A DNA stretch of 64,000 nucleotides from Lachnospiraceae bacterium (GCA_900769175.1 CAAGFP010000108.1:1107-65106); one strand, 5' to 3'; positions 45,464 through 55,338 are shown, counted from the first letter of the stretch. The notes: generated by a model from the sequence alone, not told the origin. Translations and numbers: made by a program.

Positions 45464-47248
45464 TCAGGGTGATGCGGGCGGAAGATATTTCTTTATCAAC
45501 TGCTCGTATTCCATATGGAATTCCTTCCGTTTTTCTTCCGAAAAATTATTGAAATATTCATGTGTATTATATTCATTCTCCACAATGGTAATCATTTCTA
45601 CCGCAACATTCGAGCAATGGTCGGATACACGCTCAAGACAGGTTAGTACATCTTCCAGAATAAATCCCATCTCAATGGTACATTTCCCTTTCTGCAGACG
45701 CTTGATATGATTCTCTTTCACTTTTTTTGAAAGCGTATCAATTACTTCTTCAAGCGGTTCCACATGCATCGCCATGCGCACGTCTTCACGGCAGAAGCAG
45801 GAAACCGTCATTTTCATGATATCTTCCACGCTCTTACACAATACTTCTATCTCTTCCCGTGCATGAGGAGTAAAGGCAAGTCCCTTTTTATTGAGTTCTT
45901 CTGCCGACTTCACGACACTGAGAGCATGGTCGGAAATACGCTCAAAATCACTGATGGAATGAAGAATAATGGAAAGGGTCTGGCTGTCTTCAATGGAAAT
46001 ATTCCTGCTTGAGAGTTTTACCAGATAGGAGCCAAGGGCGTCTTCATAATGGTCCACCTCGGTTTCAAGTTCAATTACCTTTGCCGCCTTTTGCGCATCG
46101 TACTCTTTTAACACCTCCATGGCAAGAAGAATCGCCTGCATCGTAACCTGAGCCATATCCCGCGCTTTGCCCCGGCAGATTTCCATCGCAAAAGCCGGCC
46201 GCTCAAGGAAACGCTCATCCATATATATTCCATCCGCATGTTTGTCGCCTGCCCCGGCAGAATCGGATTTTTTATCCGGAATTGTAAGTTCGGACAATTT
46301 TACTAAAAATTTAGTAAACGGAAAGAATACAATCGTTGCGCCGATATTGAACAAACTGTGCACGATGGCAATGCCTGCAGCTCCTGCCGGCTCATTCAGA
46401 AAAGTAAAATCAATAAAAACATTCAATCCGTAGAATACCGCCATGAAAAGTATCGTTCCGATTAAATTAAAATAAAGATGTATGACTGCTGCCCGCTTCG
46501 CATTCTTGGAGGCTCCGAAGGATGAAATAATGGATGTTACACAGGTTCCGATATTCTGACCCATGATAATCGGAATGGCCACACCGTAATTCACCGCACC
46601 CGTCATGCAAAGAGCCTGCAGAATACCTACGGAAGCGGAAGAGCTTTGAATAATCGCAGTCAGAATCGCACCAACCGCCATTCCAAGAATCGGGGTTTCA
46701 AATTTCGTCATAATGCCTGTAAATTCCGGAACCTTTGAAAGGCCCGAAACCGCGTCGCTCATGGTATCCATTCCAAACATTAAAACCGCGAATCCCACTA
46801 AAATATTTCCGATATCTTTTCTCCGGCTTTCTTCCTTTGCCGACATCATCAATATCATACCGATTGCTGCCAAAATGGGGGAAAATGAGGTCGGCTTTAA
46901 CAGATTCAGTATTATATTATCGCCTTGAATTCCGACAAGCGACAGCATCCAGGAAGTAATTGTCGTACCGACATTGGCTCCCATGATAATTCCTACCGCC
47001 TGGGATAACTTCATAATGCCCGAATTTACGAAACCAACCACCATAACGGTTGTCGCCGAGGAAGACTGAATCACCGCCGTAACGCCGGCACCGAGCAAAA
47101 CTGCAAAGATTCTCTTTGAAGTAAGTTTTTCCAAAACGCCCTCAAGCTTTCCGCCCGCCATTTTGGATAAACCGTTTCCCATGGTGTTCATTCCGTATAA
47201 GAACAACGCAAGTCCGCCAATCAGTTGAAGTAAATCAAAAATATCCAT
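45464..47248 (-). CDS. Na+/phosphate cotransporter family protein with C-terminal PhoU-like domains
   Basis: 'FLYGMNTMGNGLSKMAGGKL' and duplicated 'QSSSATTV' / 'QSSSASVG' Na/Pi-II repeats. The C-terminal ~200 aa are PhoU-like helical repeats. Confidence 0.85.
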   Translation of the reverse strand: MDIFDLLQLIGGLALFLYGMNTMGNGLSKMAGGKLEGVLEKLTSKRIFAVLLGAGVTAVIQSSSATTVMVVGFVNSGIMKLSQAVGIIMGANVGTTITSWMLSLVGIQGDNIILNLLKPTSFSPILAAIGMILMMSAKEESRRKDIGNILVGFAVLMFGMDTMSDAVSGLSKVPEFTGIMTKFETPILGMAVGAILTAIIQSSSASVGILQALCMTGAVNYGVAIPIIMGQNIGTCVTSIISSFGASKNAKRAAVIHLYFNLIGTILFMAVFYGLNVFIDFTFLNEPAGAAGIAIVHSLFNIGATIVFFPFTKFLVKLSELTIPDKKSDSAGAGDKHADGIYMDERFLERPAFAMEICRGKARDMAQVTMQAILLAMEVLKEYDAQKAAKVIELETEVDHYEDALGSYLVKLSSRNISIEDSQTLSIILHSISDFERISDHALSVVKSAEELNKKGLAFTPHAREEIEVLCKSVEDIMKMTVSCFCREDVRMAMHVEPLEEVIDTLSKKVKENHIKRLQKGKCTIEMGFILEDVLTCLERVSDHCSNVAVEMITIVENEYNTHEYFNNFSEEKRKEFHMEYEQLIKKYLPPASP

Positions 47249-47357
47249 ATTCTTTTCCTTTCCGGATTACAGATTGCCATGCAGAAAGATTATAATTATA
47301 TTCTGTATTCTTTCTTTTCGTAGCATACTAACGGAAAGTAAAAAATATGGATATTTA

Positions 47358-47387
47358 TTTGTAAAATCTATGTAAAATTTGTAAAGG
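47358..47387 (-). promoter_or_regulatory. candidate PhoP-box array upstream of the Na/Pi cotransporter gene
   Basis: The minus-strand sense reads 'ccTTTACAaattTTACATagatTTTACAaa'. These are three TT(T)ACA direct repeats on a ~10-11 bp pitch, about 110-140 nt upstream of the ATG. Confidence 0.35.
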
Positions 47388-47393
47388 CGTATT

Positions 47394-47630
47394 TTATTCA
47401 AACGCATGATTGAATAAATAAAATATCCCGCCAAATAATCCCGCGCAAACAGCAGGGTATCCGATAAAACATAAAAGAGAGCAAAGGCCGCCTGCCAAAA
47501 AGTGTCCGAATAAAAGCCAGCAAACGAGTCCTGTGATTGCAAAGAAAAGTGTTGTTATGCTAATAAACAATCTGCTTTTTACATCCGCACAAACAGGAAG
47601 TTGGTTCAGTAATAACCATACCGCTTTCAT
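47394..47630 (-). CDS. small hypothetical membrane protein (79 aa)
   Basis: GGAGGTG RBS precedes the ATG for 'MKAVWLLLNQLPVCAD...'. Two predicted TM helices. Confidence 0.3.
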   Translation of the reverse strand: MKAVWLLLNQLPVCADVKSRLFISITTLFFAITGLVCWLLFGHFLAGGLCSLLCFIGYPAVCAGLFGGIFYLFNHAFE

Positions 47631-47778
47631 TTCGTCACCTCCGCTTTTGATATCTGCTCTTAATTGGTTTCTTTGAAACATTTTCTTTCTTTCGTTTTTC
47701 TGAAACCAACTTAAATATAAAAGCGGATTGTAAATTCCATAACCATGCATTTGTAAAATGAATGTAAAAAGCATTTGA

Positions 47779-49452
47779 TTACTGATTTAAATAGTCAAGG
47801 TCAATATAGAATACAAATACAACACGGCGGGACGCTGTTTTATCTTCCGCACCGTTCTCGTCCGTAATCAGATAATCGGATGCGCAGCCCTCCGTTGCAA
47901 ACAGTTTTTCGCATAAAGCACTCGCCCCGGCATCATCGGATAAGTTTTCCATGATACAGTTCTTAACGGCGTCGGCACGTTCCTGTGACAGGGTTTTATT
48001 GTAATCATAATCTCCGTCTGAATCGGTATGCCCCTGAATCTTTACCTGCGCAAGGAAGTTTTGATATTCCTCTTTCTTGAGAATCTCAGAGAACACTTTT
48101 GAGAAGTTCTCAAGCGCTATTTTACCTTCTTCAGAAACAGAAGATTCATTTTTAGCGAATAAAATAGAAGAGTCGAATAAAATTTCTCCGGTATCACTGT
48201 TGATAACCGCATTTACACCCACGTTTGCAAGTGCCTCTTTAAAGTCTTCTAACATCTGATTCTTGGTATCCTGCAATGTCTTTAAGTCCTCTTCTTTAAG
48301 GGTTGCCAGTTTTTCCTGATCTTTTTCCGTCACATTCAATCCGGATACGTTTTTAAACTTATCATCAATAAAACTCACGTAAGAACTTAAATACGCATAA
48401 TTATGGGTTCCGTCCGAGAATGCAACGCCAGTCGCTCCAAGCGGGAAAAATACGTATTCGAAGCTCTGAATATTTCCGTCCTTGTCCTTAAATGCAACCT
48501 GAATCACACCGTCTTCACTCAAACGATATGCAAGCGGAACAGACGGTGCATAATCGTTTTCAGCTTCCGCAGGGAAGGTGACCATCGAATAGTTCACCTC
48601 CTTTTTCTGTTCTTTGCCGAATATGCTAATCCTTTCGATTCCCGGAATATAACCATCCAGTGCAGGATATTCTCCTGCAGCGGTGAATAATCCGTTTCCG
48701 GGTACGAGGGCAAGGAAGTTAACATCCACCAGTTCACATTTCACATTTCCGGCCGAAAAAATAAGTTTTTGCCCTTCAAATGCAAATCGGTAATTCAGTT
48801 TTACTCCGCTGTAACTATAAGTAACAACACCGTTCTCCGCAGCGACATCTCCGTTAATTTCACTTAAGGGTTCAATCAGGATTTCCCCGTCTTTTATATC
48901 ATATGCTGCATCAATACTGATGGTTTGGATTTCTCCGGTCTCTTTGTTTTTAGCGGCAAATTTTAATTTACACCAGTGCCGGTCATTGATTTTTTCAAGC
49001 AAATATTCAATATCATTTCCGGTTCCGGCTGAAAAATAGTAAGGAAGCGCGGAAACCTGATAGGTTTCCCCATCAAATAAGTCATCTTCCAATCCCAGAT
49101 AACTTTCCTGCTCTTTCCATTCCATATTCGCAAGGAAATCATCACCCGGCAAACTTTTGTCAAAAGAATTGCCGTCGTTTTTAAAGCTTACATGTGTCCC
49201 ATAGAATAAAATAGGGCTGTATTTCATTTTTGCGTAAACTTCTTTCGCATTTAAGGCAGGAGCCGTGGTAATAAAACTATCCTCTGCGCCTTCCCCTGTG
49301 ATAACAGTATCATACGGAAACCAGATTCCGTTCTGATTCACGGAAGAATTCGATCCCGTTGCTGTACTCTTCCCACAGGCAGATAAAACTGTGGTTGCCA
49401 GAAGTACTCCTGTCAAAACAGGAAGCAGGTATTTTTTCATTCTTATTCTCAT
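47779..49452 (-). CDS. lipoprotein with C-terminal OmpA/MotB-like peptidoglycan-binding domain
   Basis: Lipobox 'LLATTVLSAC'. The C-terminus carries 'GHTDSDGDYDYNKTLSQERADAV...RRVVF' (OmpA_C-like). Confidence 0.65.
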   Translation of the reverse strand: MRIRMKKYLLPVLTGVLLATTVLSACGKSTATGSNSSVNQNGIWFPYDTVITGEGAEDSFITTAPALNAKEVYAKMKYSPILFYGTHVSFKNDGNSFDKSLPGDDFLANMEWKEQESYLGLEDDLFDGETYQVSALPYYFSAGTGNDIEYLLEKINDRHWCKLKFAAKNKETGEIQTISIDAAYDIKDGEILIEPLSEINGDVAAENGVVTYSYSGVKLNYRFAFEGQKLIFSAGNVKCELVDVNFLALVPGNGLFTAAGEYPALDGYIPGIERISIFGKEQKKEVNYSMVTFPAEAENDYAPSVPLAYRLSEDGVIQVAFKDKDGNIQSFEYVFFPLGATGVAFSDGTHNYAYLSSYVSFIDDKFKNVSGLNVTEKDQEKLATLKEEDLKTLQDTKNQMLEDFKEALANVGVNAVINSDTGEILFDSSILFAKNESSVSEEGKIALENFSKVFSEILKKEEYQNFLAQVKIQGHTDSDGDYDYNKTLSQERADAVKNCIMENLSDDAGASALCEKLFATEGCASDYLITDENGAEDKTASRRVVFVFYIDLDYLNQ

Positions 49453-49616
49453 TTGTATGACCATCCTTTCTTTTTTCAACGTGATTATAGCAAGACAGTA
49501 TGGGGATTGCAAGAAAAAACAACGCAAAAAAACAACGCAAGATTCTGACTTTTTTTATTTTTTTCTAGCAGATTTCAAAAAGCTTTGCTACAATAAAGAA
49601 AGACATAGAAGATAGA

Positions 49617-49690
49617 ACAAAGAATCCCGCTTGCGAGATTCTTCGCGCCGAGTGCGTGTTGCGTAAGCAACTTTCTTCTTTTCTCGCAAG
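49617..49690. repeat. upstream copy of a ~75-bp direct repeat flanking the AraC gene (hairpin + box B)
   Basis: 'aagaatcccgcttgcgagattcttcgcgccgagtgcgtgttgcgtaagcaactttcttcttttctcgcaag'. Confidence 0.7.
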
Positions 49691-49718
49691 TATATGGGAA
49701 AAACGATTGGAGAAAAAT

Positions 49719-50459
49719 ATGAAACCAAAGAAAACGAATTACACTCCACCGGAACGGCTTCAGGTGGATCACGGCTCATACGAAAGAGAAATGAGTTTCT
49801 ATGACGCAGTTAAAACCGGCGACATGAAATATGTGGAAGCCCGCATAAAGGAGATAGACGCAACACCGTCCACCCAGCAGGAGCGCGGCAAGCTCTCCGA
49901 AGACCCGGTAAGAAATGCCATGTATCATTTCATCATCGCCACCGCAATTATTGCAAGAGTCTGTATTGAAGGCGGTATGGAGCACGATTTAGCCTATTCC
50001 ATGAGTGATTATTATATCCAAAAGGGTGATTTATGCAAAACCATAGATGATATCACTGCTCTTCGCAACAGAATGGTGTTCGATTATTGCAAGAAAATGA
50101 AACAGCAGACCACAGCGGAAATCTATTCCAAACAAGTGGTGCTGGCAATTGATTACATTTACGAAAATCTTGAAAAGCCCATAAGCGTAAAAGGAATTGC
50201 GGACAGCATCGGCATCAATGAAACCTATCTGTCCAAGCTGTTCAAGCGCGAAACCGGCATTTCCGTTAGTGCATACATTCGCCAGCGTCGTATCGAAACC
50301 GCCGAAAAAATGTTGCTGTATTCTGATTTGTCGTACGACGAAATTGCAGAAACACTCTGTTTTTCATCCCAGAGCCATTTTACGAAAGTATTCAAAGAAG
50401 TCACCGGCACAACACCAAAGGTATATCGCGACCGGAATTTCAGAAAAAACTTTTTATAA
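49719..50459 (+). CDS. AraC-family transcriptional regulator
   Basis: The C-terminal AraC HTH reads 'AYIRQRRIETAEKMLLYSDLSYDEIAETLCFSSQSHFTKVFKEVTGTTPKVYR'. Start set at MKPKK, with a GGAGAAAAAT RBS. The longer ORF begins inside the repeat. Confidence 0.85.
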   Translation: MKPKKTNYTPPERLQVDHGSYEREMSFYDAVKTGDMKYVEARIKEIDATPSTQQERGKLSEDPVRNAMYHFIIATAIIARVCIEGGMEHDLAYSMSDYYIQKGDLCKTIDDITALRNRMVFDYCKKMKQQTTAEIYSKQVVLAIDYIYENLEKPISVKGIADSIGINETYLSKLFKRETGISVSAYIRQRRIETAEKMLLYSDLSYDEIAETLCFSSQSHFTKVFKEVTGTTPKVYRDRNFRKNFL

Positions 50460-50467
50460 AATTAAAA

Positions 50468-50545
50468 AAGAATGTGCCTTGGCACATTCTCGCGCCGAGC
50501 GCATGTTGCGTAAGCAACTTTCTTCTTTTTGCGCGAGCGCGCAAT
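50468..50545. repeat. downstream copy of the ~75-bp direct repeat flanking the AraC gene (hairpin + box B); its hairpin also serves as the acpP terminator
   Basis: 'aagaatgtgccttggcacattctcgcgccgagcgcatgttgcgtaagcaactttcttctttttgcgcgagcgcgc'. Confidence 0.7.
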
Positions 50546-50652
50546 AAACAACCCCCGATAGAAACTGCTACCGGGAGGCTTTTCGTTTATACCATTATGA
50601 TTCTAATGTCTGACAGGGATTCATTCCGTCCGAAACGTTCCGATATGAAATC

Positions 50653-50883
50653 CTATTCAATTCCTGCCTGTTTTAAATATTCGATGACATCACCAACGGT
50701 TGTGATTCCATCTAAATCATCCTGCGGCATTTCTGCTCCGAATTCTTCTTCAAATGCCATAACAAGTTCGAATAAATCAAGGGAATCCGCACCTAAATCA
50801 TCTTTAAATGAAGTTTCCTCCGTAATAATACTTCCATCTACATTTAACTGTTTTACTATAATCGCTCTAATCTTTTCTAACAT
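50653..50883 (-). CDS. acpP: acyl carrier protein
   Basis: 76 aa. '[19 protein letters not shown]' carries the phosphopantetheine-attachment serine. Confidence 0.85.
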   Translation of the reverse strand: MLEKIRAIIVKQLNVDGSIITEETSFKDDLGADSLDLFELVMAFEEEFGAEMPQDDLDGITTVGDVIEYLKQAGIE

Positions 50884-50947
50884 AGAAATGTGCTCCTTTA
50901 TAAAATGCAGAATTAACTGCTGATTTGATAAAAAGTATATTATTCGC

Positions 50948-51793
50948 TTATTGCTTTGTCAACAGTTTTGTATAAACATCTCTCTTGGAAATTCCGCGTA
51001 TCTTTGCAACCTTTTTCATCGCTTCCTTGCGGTCCATTCCGGTGCTTTCATACAGCTGCATATGCTCTTCGATACTGATTTCTTCCCATTTTAGCTGCTC
51101 AAGTTTTTTCAGTTCCGAAAGACTTTTCCCTTCCAGCACCAGAACATATTCTCCGCGGGGAGCATTGTTTTCGTAAAATGCAATCGCCTGACTTAACATT
51201 GTCGGCATAATATCTTCGAATTTCTTGGTCAATTCTCTGCAAAGGGTGATTTTCCGGTCGCCCAGAGCTTCCAGAAGTTCTGAGAGCGTGCTTTTTAAAT
51301 GATGCGGAGCTTCGTATAGAATAATCGTCCGGGTTTCCGTCTTTAACTCGGATAAAATTTCCTGCCTCTCCTTTTTATCCGGAGGAAGAAATCCTTCAAA
51401 ACAAAATCTTCTCGTGGACAACCCCGAAAGGGTAAGTGCAGTAATACAGGCACAGCTTCCCGGAAGTGACGTTACCGTCAGATTATTCTCCAGACACATT
51501 TGAACCAAAACCTCTCCCGGATCCGAAATTGCAGGCGTTCCCGCATCCGTAATCAGGGCAATGTTTTTCCCTTCCGAAAGCATACGAATCAATGTATGCG
51601 CCTTCTCCACCTTATTATATTCATGATAACTGGTCATCGGCGTTTTGATTTCAAAATGATTCAGCAGACGGATACTGTTTCTCGTATCCTCCGCAGCGAT
51701 TAAATCCACCATTTTCAGTGTTTCCAATACACGAAAGGTCATATCACAAAGATTCCCGATTGGAGTTGCACATAGATATAAAATTCCTGCCAT
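50948..51793 (-). CDS. rsmI: 16S rRNA (cytidine1402-2'-O)-methyltransferase
   Basis: '[34 protein letters not shown]' is the canonical RsmI N-terminus. Confidence 0.9.
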   Translation of the reverse strand: MAGILYLCATPIGNLCDMTFRVLETLKMVDLIAAEDTRNSIRLLNHFEIKTPMTSYHEYNKVEKAHTLIRMLSEGKNIALITDAGTPAISDPGEVLVQMCLENNLTVTSLPGSCACITALTLSGLSTRRFCFEGFLPPDKKERQEILSELKTETRTIILYEAPHHLKSTLSELLEALGDRKITLCRELTKKFEDIMPTMLSQAIAFYENNAPRGEYVLVLEGKSLSELKKLEQLKWEEISIEEHMQLYESTGMDRKEAMKKVAKIRGISKRDVYTKLLTKQ

Positions 51794-51798
51794 ACCAT

Positions 51799-52542
51799 CT
51801 ACCTTTCATATAAATCGCTGACTTCTTTGGTATATTTTCCATCAGCAGCATAAACAATTAACGGTGCTTCCACCTTCATTCCTCTGTTCCCGCCTCTTGC
51901 ACCTTCAATTAAAATCATGGACGGCTCCTTTTGCGGTGTCGGATATACAAGACGTAGGCGTTTCGGTTCAATTTTATTTTCTGACATAATAGTCATAATT
52001 TCTGCCAGACGTTCCGGTTTATGGACCATATACAACTTTCCGCCGGGTTTTAATAACCTGGCAGAGTGCCGGATAATATCAAGCAGCGTACATTTTATCT
52101 CATGTCGTGCAATTGCCTTGGGTGCATCCGGGTTTTTAATTCCGTGAAACGCCGGCATATATGGCGGATTACAGGTAATGGCGGAAAAAGAAGCAGCGGC
52201 AAAATATGCATCTGCTTCCATAATATCACCTGTAACGATTTCGATTTTTTCCGTAAGACCATTCAGCATTACGCTTCTTCTTGCCATATCCGCGCTTTCA
52301 CTCTGGATTTCCAGACCGGTAAAATGTGCCGCCTGCGTTTTGGCTTCCAGAAGGATCGGAATCACACCGGTTCCGGTCCCGATATCGAGCACTGTCTCAT
52401 TGGGCTTGATTCCCTCAGCAGCAAAAGCAGTTAACAAAACGGCGTCCATTCCGAAGCAGAAGCGTTTCGGGTCCTGAATAATCTCATATCCGTTCCTTTG
52501 CAGGGAATCAATTCGTTCCCCTTCTTTTAATTCAACCATCAT
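51799..52542 (-). CDS. tRNA (adenine-N6)-methyltransferase-like SAM-dependent methyltransferase (YabB/TrmN6 family)
   Basis: SAM motif 'VLDIGTGTGVI' and catalytic 'NPPY'. The position upstream of rsmI matches B. subtilis yabB. Confidence 0.7.
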   Translation of the reverse strand: MMVELKEGERIDSLQRNGYEIIQDPKRFCFGMDAVLLTAFAAEGIKPNETVLDIGTGTGVIPILLEAKTQAAHFTGLEIQSESADMARRSVMLNGLTEKIEIVTGDIMEADAYFAAASFSAITCNPPYMPAFHGIKNPDAPKAIARHEIKCTLLDIIRHSARLLKPGGKLYMVHKPERLAEIMTIMSENKIEPKRLRLVYPTPQKEPSMILIEGARGGNRGMKVEAPLIVYAADGKYTKEVSDLYER

Positions 52543-53732
52543 TCCTGTGTTCTTTTCCTGTTGCCGCGATTGCGGTTTTTGTGACGGGGTTTTCTCTGGC
52601 CGATATCCTGGTTTCCGAGCTTTTCGGTATGGACATCCATCTTTCCCTTCGGGACATAATTCCCGTTTTCCTGTCTGGGTTTCTTCTCATACCGTTTGCC
52701 GAAATTTCCGTCACAGTTGTCATTTCTTCCTGTTTTATGATTTTTCTCATCCGACTCGGGACGGACAGGTTTTTCTCGATTTTCCCGTCTGGGATTGTCT
52801 GTCTTCATTTTTTCAGACTTTCGCTCTTCTTTGAGCATTTTATCTTCCTGCTCCTGTTTTTCTAACAAAGCAAGCTGTTCCATCTCTTCTTCGGTAAGGT
52901 CGGAGCGGTCCTTATGGAACATTTTCTTAAATTGTAAATCCTGCGCATGATATTCTTTGATTTCCTTCTCATCGCCCATGTCAACAATCACTTTTACAAG
53001 CTGACGAAGAACATTTACGCTGTGAACCTCTCCGCGCAGGCCATCATTGGTGGAAACATAGTCACCAACGCCCGGAAGTCTTTTATTTAAATCCTCATAG
53101 GTTTCTTCTTCATTCTTCAGACAACACATCAGTCTTCCGCAGACACCGGAGATTTTCGTCGGATTTAAAGACAGATTCTGCTCCTTTGCCATTTTAATGG
53201 AAACCGGTACAAACTCGGAAAGATAGCTGTGACAGCAAAGTACACGTCCGCAAACACCGATTCCGCCTAAAATCTTGATTTCGTCACGAACCCCGATCTG
53301 ACGCAGTTCAATTCTTGTCTTAAATACAGCTGCCAGATCCTTTACCAACTCGCGGAAATCAATTCTTCCGTCCGCAGTAAAATAAAACAGAATTTTATTA
53401 TTATCAAATGTATATTCCACATCGACAAGCTTCATTTCCAGCCCGTGTTTTTGAATTTTTTCCTGACAGATTTCAAGCGCCTGTTTGCGTTTTGCTATAT
53501 TCTCCCGATTTCTCTCATCGTCCTCGGGCGTTGCGATACGGATGACCTGTTTTAACGGCTGGATAATTTTCTCCTCCGACATTTCCCGGATATCGGAAAC
53601 TACCTGACCGTATTCCACACCGCGCGCGGTCTCCACCACAACATGCATTCCTTTTTCAATCGGAAGGTTTCCCGGATCAAAGAAATACATTTTCCCGGTC
53701 GTACGAAACCGTACACTAATCACATTCACCAT
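52539..53732 (-). CDS. ricT: PSP1-domain protein RicT/YaaT (stage 0 sporulation protein) with a ~120-aa charged C-terminal extension
   Basis: The PSP1 Cys motifs 'GVCGRVLCC' and 'GVCGRLMCC' are present. The gene lies downstream of holB as in B. subtilis. The C-terminal K/R/E-rich tail has no homolog I recognise. Confidence 0.8.
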   Translation of the reverse strand: MVNVISVRFRTTGKMYFFDPGNLPIEKGMHVVVETARGVEYGQVVSDIREMSEEKIIQPLKQVIRIATPEDDERNRENIAKRKQALEICQEKIQKHGLEMKLVDVEYTFDNNKILFYFTADGRIDFRELVKDLAAVFKTRIELRQIGVRDEIKILGGIGVCGRVLCCHSYLSEFVPVSIKMAKEQNLSLNPTKISGVCGRLMCCLKNEEETYEDLNKRLPGVGDYVSTNDGLRGEVHSVNVLRQLVKVIVDMGDEKEIKEYHAQDLQFKKMFHKDRSDLTEEEMEQLALLEKQEQEDKMLKEERKSEKMKTDNPRRENREKPVRPESDEKNHKTGRNDNCDGNFGKRYEKKPRQENGNYVPKGKMDVHTEKLGNQDIGQRKPRHKNRNRGNRKRTQE

Positions 53733-53804
53733 TTTATTCCTCCGGACAGGCTTTCCCTGTCTTTTCTTTCTTTTGATTTTTCAACATCACTGTGTTTCGA
53801 AATG

Positions 53805-54815
53805 TTACTCGTTTTCTTCATTTCCCGAATTCTCCCGGATTGTAAGCAGAAGAAGTTCTATTGTAAGTTCGAAATTCACATTGGCACGAATTCTTTTTTT
53901 GGCAACCTCAAGGGCATCGATTATTTTTCCGATGCCTTCGTAGCTTGTCCGTTTTGCCACTCTCTTAATATACTGTATTTCCTGTTTAAAAATCAACTTA
54001 TTTCCGTCACTTGTTGCTTTAAACAGAAGGACATCCCGGTACCAGATGGAGATAATGTCCAGATAATCGTCGATATTAAGCCGGTATTCCGATATTTTTT
54101 TGATGGCAATGATGATATCGGCAACCCCCATATCACTGATATTTTTTACTAAAATAATTGCCTCGTCTTTTATTTTATCGAAATCTTCACTTTCTACAAG
54201 CATTTTTGCGCGACCGAGATTCCCCCGCGCGAACGCGACAGCTATGTCAGCTTTATAATCCGGAACCTTCATTTCTTTCATAATAAAGCGTTTCAGCTCC
54301 TCATCCGGCACCGGTTTCATATTCAGGTGCACGAGACGGCTTAGAATCGTCGGAAGCATCGCCTCCATCGAAGTCGTAAGCAGCATGATAACGGCATAAG
54401 CGGGCGGTTCTTCCAATGTTTTCAGTAACGCATTTTGTGCCGCTGTCGTCATTTTTTCAGCTTCATTCATAATATATATTTTATATGGTCCCTGATACGG
54501 TTTGATGATAATATCTTCAATAATCTGCTCGCGGACATCATCAATCCCGATGGAATTCGGCTTTTCGTGTGATATATATTTGATATCCGGATGATTATCC
54601 GAAAGTGCCTGCAAACAGGAATGACAGCTCTGGCACGGCGCATGTCCGCTATCCTCACACTGCAGTGCCATGGCAAAAATTCTCGCCACGAATTCTTTTC
54701 CGCAACGCTGCTCCCCCTGAATTAAATATGCATGGGAAGGAGCAGATTCCGTTACTGCATGCTTAAAATGTTCCTTTATATGTTCCTGACCGATGATATC
54801 CAAAAAATTAGCCAT
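53805..54815 (-). CDS. holB: DNA polymerase III subunit delta'
   Basis: AAA+ fold with 'HAYLIQGEQRCGKE' and zinc-module cysteines 'CQSCHSC'. Confidence 0.85.
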   Translation of the reverse strand: MANFLDIIGQEHIKEHFKHAVTESAPSHAYLIQGEQRCGKEFVARIFAMALQCEDSGHAPCQSCHSCLQALSDNHPDIKYISHEKPNSIGIDDVREQIIEDIIIKPYQGPYKIYIMNEAEKMTTAAQNALLKTLEEPPAYAVIMLLTTSMEAMLPTILSRLVHLNMKPVPDEELKRFIMKEMKVPDYKADIAVAFARGNLGRAKMLVESEDFDKIKDEAIILVKNISDMGVADIIIAIKKISEYRLNIDDYLDIISIWYRDVLLFKATSDGNKLIFKQEIQYIKRVAKRTSYEGIGKIIDALEVAKKRIRANVNFELTIELLLLTIRENSGNEENE

Positions 54816-54897
54816 TCACCCTTCTCCCTGTCCCCGAAAATTGCATTCGTTATTTGATTCTTTTACCTCAGTCCGCAGTCGTTATTGAATTCCTGTA

Positions 54898-55338
54898 TCA
54901 GGTGAAAATATCCAGTAAAAGCCCGCGGATTTCATCTATTTTATTTAAAATCGCAAGCTGGTCCTTTTCCTCCTTCACCAGCTCCTGCGCCAGTTCATCA
55001 AGTGCCTCATCCACCCGGCGAATCATGCCGTATACCCGGTGACGCCCTCTTCTGTCAAGGAAATTCTCTCTGGAGAATTCATGTGAGCGGTTCACGATTT
55101 CATTCATAAAATCCTTAATCATGGAGCGGTACTGCTTCATTTCCCGAATATCCATGCGCTTTGATATTTTATTTCCCTGCATCGTAATCGCATCATACAT
55201 TCCCTGAAGCCGTACCTGCAAATCCGCATCCGCAATCTGGCTTTGCAGGGCAAACTGGAAGCCCTGGTCCGAATTTTGCACCCCTCCGGTCTGTGCCGGC
55301 TGCGATACCTGTTGTATTTGATTCACTTTTATATCCAT
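54898..55338 (-). CDS. DUF327-family protein (YaaR-like)
   Basis: Size and position immediately upstream of holB match B. subtilis yaaR. Start set at MDIKVNQ. Low-complexity Q-rich N-terminus. Confidence 0.55.
   Translation of the reverse strand: MDIKVNQIQQVSQPAQTGGVQNSDQGFQFALQSQIADADLQVRLQGMYDAITMQGNKISKRMDIREMKQYRSMIKDFMNEIVNRSHEFSRENFLDRRGRHRVYGMIRRVDEALDELAQELVKEEKDQLAILNKIDEIRGLLLDIFT

Noticed and set aside
49656-49718. Peptide 'MLRKQLSSF...' at the start of the AraC ORF, and the same peptide at 50197-50547
   Set aside because: Both arise from translating the dispersed repeat 'atgttgcgtaagcaactttcttctttt'. This is not real coding sequence, and the AraC gene starts at 49719.
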